From: Octopus vulgaris
Lineage: Eukaryota
Direction of reading: 5' to 3'
Assembly: GCA_951406725.2 (NCBI GenBank)
Contig: OX597815.1
Location: forward strand, 194,122,001 to 194,186,000
DNA length: 64,000 bases
Below, piece by piece: positions 13,372 through 64,000 of this stretch (within the stretch, counting starts at the first letter, position 1; every line of letters begins with the position of its first letter). The position numbers and the translations under genes are program-made. A model generated the notes under the pieces. It had not been told where the DNA came from. It was given only the letters and a program-made list of their open reading frames with translations, and searched no databases.

Positions 13372-13441
13372 CTTCAAGAATAGAATATGGAAGATCCACA
13401 TATATAAAAATCCACTTAAACTGACGCCTCAGATTAAGATC

Positions 13442-14027
13442 TGTAGTGATCCTATACAACGGCGCGCGCTCGCGCACCGTCCATTTGTATTTCGCGCGTG
13501 CGGGGTTGGTGTTTTCACCACCGGAAGAAGAACCCTTTTGCCTACGTAGCAGTTAGCCGAGGCAAGGGGATCGTAGAACGTTTGACCACTAGCAGCGACT
13601 TGAGACAGCAGTGACTGAAGGCGACGGTCACGTATATTTTTTCTCCGTCCGAACTTGATATAAATGTGTCGTGCTGAACCTTATCGCTGTAAAATAAGAA
13701 AGTGTTCAAATGCAAAACGACACTGGTCAAAGATGGCGTCCGGAACAGGGAGAAGATGTGGTCTGCAACAATTTGGTTAAAGGCCTTTTGGTAAGGTGCT
13801 GCTAGAATCAAGTTCGGACGGAGAAAAAATATACGTGACTGTCGCCTTCAGTCGCTGCTGTCTCAAGTCGCTGCTGACCTCTGCTAGTGGTCAAACATTC
13901 TACGATCCCCTTGCCTCGGCTAACTGCTACGTAGGGTTCTTCTTCCGGTGGTGAAAACACCAACCTCGCACGCGCGAAATACAAATGGACGGTGCGCGAG
14001 CGCGCGCCGTTGTATAGGATCACTACA
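13442..14027. mobile_element. long-TIR non-autonomous element, TGT...ACA ends, 4-bp GATC TSD (Ginger-like)
   Basis: About 230-bp inverted arms TGTAGTGATCC... / ...GGATCACTACA flanked by GATC on both sides. Confidence 0.75.
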
Positions 14028-16029
14028 GATCCAACGTCATATATTTCTCACCGTAAGTGGAAATAGAAGAATAGCCGCTTGTAATGTGATAGTTGATGGT
14101 TTTCCTGAATCGCATAAGGATTTCACTGGCCAAATTCAGCAAGTTTTTCCTGTATCTACAAGGAATCGATACTTTGAAATCGTGTCACAGACAAAAAAGA
14201 AAAACAACCCATGCCAGTTCCCCCCAAAAAAACGTGATGTATCGAAATTTCGCCATGTGATCTAGTCGCACTTAATTCCTGGTTACGCCGTTTTCCCGTG
14301 GTTGAGTGGATGAATTGGAAGAACATGGTTGAATACATTTGTGTGTATTAACACCAAAACGATTATGACACCAACAAAACAATGTAGGTCTCCAACGAGG
14401 ACCGAACGAACGTTTTCTAGAAGTCCTCCGGCCACGAGAATTCAAGCGCGTAGAATACCTGGAGAATTTCAACTGTTCGAGCTTATCTGTTAAAGTCTGA
14501 ATTCTATCTTCTGTTGTACGAAATATAGCCAATTCAGAGGAAATAGAAAAGACGAAGGCGAGAGAATAAGCTTTTATATTACCTGTATTTGAAGAGGCAA
14601 TATCCGTAATACTATCTACCAACTTGGGTATTCAGGCTATGCTCTCTTACTGGCGTTAAAATGGCTTGCAGATTGGAAGGGAGGTGCGAGAAGAGCACTC
14701 TTCATGTGGGTTTATCAATCACTAGCAGTATTGCCCGGCGTTGCTCGGATTTGTTTCGACCCTTTAGAATTGGAATTTTTGAAAAGTAAAAAATTTGCAT
14801 TATGTAGCTTGTAGTGAACATTTTTCTGGTTGAAATACACAAAAAAATGACGACACAGCAATCGAAAAATCGTAAAAAATAGGGATTTTCATAGAAAAAA
14901 ACCCCACCCTTTTGATGTAAATAATTTTTGGTGTTAACATGGTCCGATTTGAATTTTTTCTTCTACGGAATGAAGACCAAGCCTTCTATCATACTCTCAA
15001 TTTTGTTCAACTTGCGCCGCAGGGTCTCGGAGGAGATAGTGTTAGTTGAAGGCTACCAAACCTGCCACACACAGACAACTTCAGCTTTATATATATAGGT
15101 TAAGTCTCTCATTCTTCTCAACAATTGAGAAGGCTTCTCATCTTCTGCAGGTATTCATCCTCAGATGGTCGGGCGAGTCAGCAACCGCAGGAATTTCTTT
15201 TTTGTCTGGGAGCTTCGGCGAAGATCGCAGGAGCCGCACCTCTTCTTATCACAAATTTGTGAGAAAGAAAAGGAAAACGATTGCAAACGTTTAAAGCAGA
15301 AAAGACGGTCATAATTCGAGAAGCGAGAGAGCTTGCTTGTCTTTCGATGCGCTATGCACAAAGCAGAGCCTTTTCGTCATTTAATGACGCTAGCTGGCTT
15401 CAGGAGTTTGGGGAAGATTTTTTGCTCTACAAAAGTAACCAGGGGATTTGTGGAGTGCAGATTTTGGTTGTATGAGGGATGTAGAGGATAATTGTAATCA
15501 GTCGCTCAACTATCACGGATTGTTCAACTGCAAAAACTGCTTTGAGTGGGGTTGCCAACAGGATCCTGCTCAATAATAGTGTTCACTGTCGTTTCTTCAC
15601 GTTGAAACCATTCAATGACACGACAGAGTGAAGGATGGTAGTGACCAACGAGGTTGAAGTATTTATTATTCCACCCTTCGCAGATTATGTAATTCAAAAT
15701 GTAAACAATAACAAACTATAAAATAATTATTTATTTTTCAAAACGAAGCAAGAGGAAAAATAATGTTTATATTTTGTATACTTCCCCTTTATTTATATTT
15801 GAAAAGTTTCCTCCTACTTTTTTGAATTGCAGTCTTTGATCAGATCCTCAAAATTAATCTTACGTAACACATATGCATCTATACTTAGCAGAAACAAAGG
15901 CATCCCAAATATTATTTTAGCAAGTTTAAACTGATTTTTTATTTGTGCCGTAAACCATTTACTATTTCTGTGGTGCCTTTTCCTTACCTTGATACCCTAA
16001 GCACGTGCTTATTTTGCTTAATGGTTAAT

Positions 16030-16256
16030 CCAGCGCTGCATATACAGAGTATCAGCACCAGCAGGGAGTCTGAGGCCGTCACTAGCACCAAACACAAGAA
16101 TGCGGTTGTTTGCATTTGGTCCGTTATCACAGAGTAAAAACTCTTCGGGATTAAGACCAACTGTCATAGTGTAGTGAAGTAGGAAGTTCACTTGGATCTT
16201 TTAGCAAACGTGGGACAGGAGGAGTAGGCCGTTGGTTACGCAGAGTTCGCAATTCA
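16030..16256 (-). pseudogene. MULE-type transposase fragment; a second fragment lies on + at about 15200-15475
   Basis: Minus strand reads LRTLRNQRPTPPVP...EEFLLCDNGPNANNRILVFGASDGLRL.AGADTLYM, and plus strand reads GEDFLLYKS...ILV. Both resemble the FLLxD...RILxF segment that precedes the MULE DGTF motif. Confidence 0.6.
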
Positions 16257-16844
16257 TTAATTTACCACCAATTCTGCATATTCCTTTACAGAGACTGATT
16301 GATATATTTATCTAAAAAAAAGTGAGAATTCGAGAGTTAACATTTCTATTAAAGAAAGACGCCGAAACAGTGTCCTTTTTTTCTTCCTGTTTCTTTTTTT
16401 CCAGTGCCTTTTTTCCTGGATTCATAAATCTTCTCCAGGATAAAACACTAGTCTATCGTATATAACTTTTCCCACCAGAAGAATTTGACTCAACGCCGCA
16501 CGTCAACGATATATTCGTTAACTCCACAGTATTGTTGCTATTTGCATTGGAGATCCATACCAGTCACTGTACAAAGACGCTCAAATGACGGAAGCTACAA
16601 TCGCAACGACTGCAAACCGGATCTACAAATCTCGGATGAGTTGAATTTCCACATGAGATAACAAGGCAAAACATTGAACTAACAACATTTTGCGGCTGTG
16701 TCTTGCCGAACTATCATTCGCCAAAACGCAAGAGTCCAACAACAACAATAACAACAACAACAGTCTAGAAAGCAAAATATTTTTGGACCGGTTCGGCGAA
16801 GGCTCGGGAACAGAAGACCAATTGAAAGGTATTATTTGTCTGAC

Positions 16845-17762
16845 CGCTACGTTCTGAGTTCAAATTCCGCCGAGGTCGACTTTGCCTTTCATCCTTTCGG
16901 GGGGGTCAATTAAATAAGTACCAGTTACGCACTGAGGTCGATGTAATCGACTTAATCCGTTTGTTTGTCCTTGTTTGTCCCCTCTGTGTTTAGCCCCTTG
17001 TGGGTAGTAAAGAAATAGGTATTTCGTGTGCCGTTACGTTGTGAGTTCAAATTCCGCCGAGGTCGACTTTGCCTTTCATCCTTTCGGGGGTCAATTAAAT
17101 AAGTACCAGTTACGCACTGGGTCGATGTAATCGACTTAATCCGTTTGTCTGTCCTTGTTTGTCCCCTCTGTGTTTAGCCCCTTGTGGGTAGTAAAGAAAT
17201 AGGTATTTCGTGTGCCGTTACGTTGTGAGTTCAAATTCCGCCGAGGTCGACTTTGCCTTTCATCCTTTCGGGGGTCAATTAAATAAGTACCAGTTACGCA
17301 CTGAGGTCGATATAATCGACTTAATCCTTTTGTCTGTCCTTGTTTGTCCCCTCTGTGTTTAGCCCCTTGTGGGTAGTAAAGAAATAGGTATTTCGTGTGC
17401 CGTTACGTTGTGAGTTCAAATTCCGCCGAGGTCGACTTCGCCTTTCATCCTTTCGGGTGGGTTAATTAAATAAGTGCCAGTTACGCACTGAGGTCGACGT
17501 AATCGACTTAATCCGTTTGTCTGTCCTTGTTTGTCCCCTCTGTGTTTAGCCCCTTGTGGGTAGTAAAGAAATAGATATTTCGTCTGCCGCTACGTTCTGA
17601 GTTCAAATTCCGCCGAGGTCGACTTTGCCTTTCATCCTTTCGGGGGGGTCGATTAAATAAGTACCAGTTACGCACTGGGGTCAATGTAATCAACTTAATC
17701 CGTTTGTCTGTCCTTGTTTGTCCCCTCTGTGTTTAGCCCCTTCTGGGGTAGTAAAAGAAATA
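16845..17762 (+). repeat. five head-to-tail headless SINE units (184-187-bp period)
   Basis: The GTTSTGAGTTCAAATTCC unit recurs at 16851, 17038, 17222, 17407 and 17594; the array is flanked by the direct repeat AGGTATTATTTG(T/C)CTGA. Confidence 0.92.
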
Positions 17763-17883
17763 GGTATTATTTGCCTGATTGATAAAGCTGTCCTACGAGT
17801 TCCTAAATCCTGGAGTTTTAAATCGTGGATAACTATTTACGTGCTACACCGCCTGATACATTCACCGGTATCGACAAGCAACG

Positions 17884-64000
<46,117 letters not shown>

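Larger units (their letters stand above)
8850..14720 (-). mobile_element. decayed Ty3/Gypsy LTR retrotransposon internal region (gag-PR-RT-RH-INT) with nested insertions
   Basis: In Gypsy order on the - strand: gag (CWCHNRFG..CIQPC), protease (LDLNLRRQFKWIF..YSILEVDFL), RT (PSYSNWSSSLHMVSKK..KIDLVRTYNQI), RNase H (KDADNSAADTLS) and integrase (RTTAYNPVSNRMIERLH..LLGLRT). No LTRs identified. Confidence 0.9.

Noticed and set aside
12887-13477. 196-aa minus-strand ORF
   Set aside because: It is an accidental fusion of a MITE end, Gypsy protease and an RTE fragment, shown by the TSDs.
17018-17100. HDV-like ribozyme at the SINE concatemer junction (GGTATTT/AAATTCC as P1)
   Set aside because: No convincing P3/L3 or P1.1; AAATTCC is explained as part of the B-box.

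Overview
AT-rich, repeat-dense eukaryotic DNA, most likely from an octopus (coleoid cephalopod), inferred from the SINE/LINE families and microsatellite load. One host gene is present: PIGS (GPI-transamidase subunit PIG-S) on the + strand. I reconstructed 14 phase-compatible GT-AG exons from about 17884 to beyond 64000 (about 474 codons in the window); exon 1 is tentative. A near full-length U2 snRNA copy with a damaged Sm site lies in an intron (49326-49515). The rest is transposon debris: a Ty3/Gypsy relic with several nested insertions; RTE, CR1, Tx1/L1-like and Dong/R4-like LINE ends; Helitrons; piggyBac-, pogo- and Ginger-like MITEs; maT/mariner and MULE fragments; and tRNA-derived SINEs. 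The most unusual signal is at least six distinct short repeat families carrying minimal type-I hammerhead-ribozyme folds, often as head-to-head inverted pairs typical of Penelope-like elements. They include a tRNA-headed SINE carrying a hammerhead and a family whose core has the compensatory G3:C8 swap (GUGAACA). Also notable are headless SINE concatemers with a fixed junction and a tandem H-type pseudoknot array in an RTE 3' UTR. All calls were made by eye; ribozyme activity and family names are untested.
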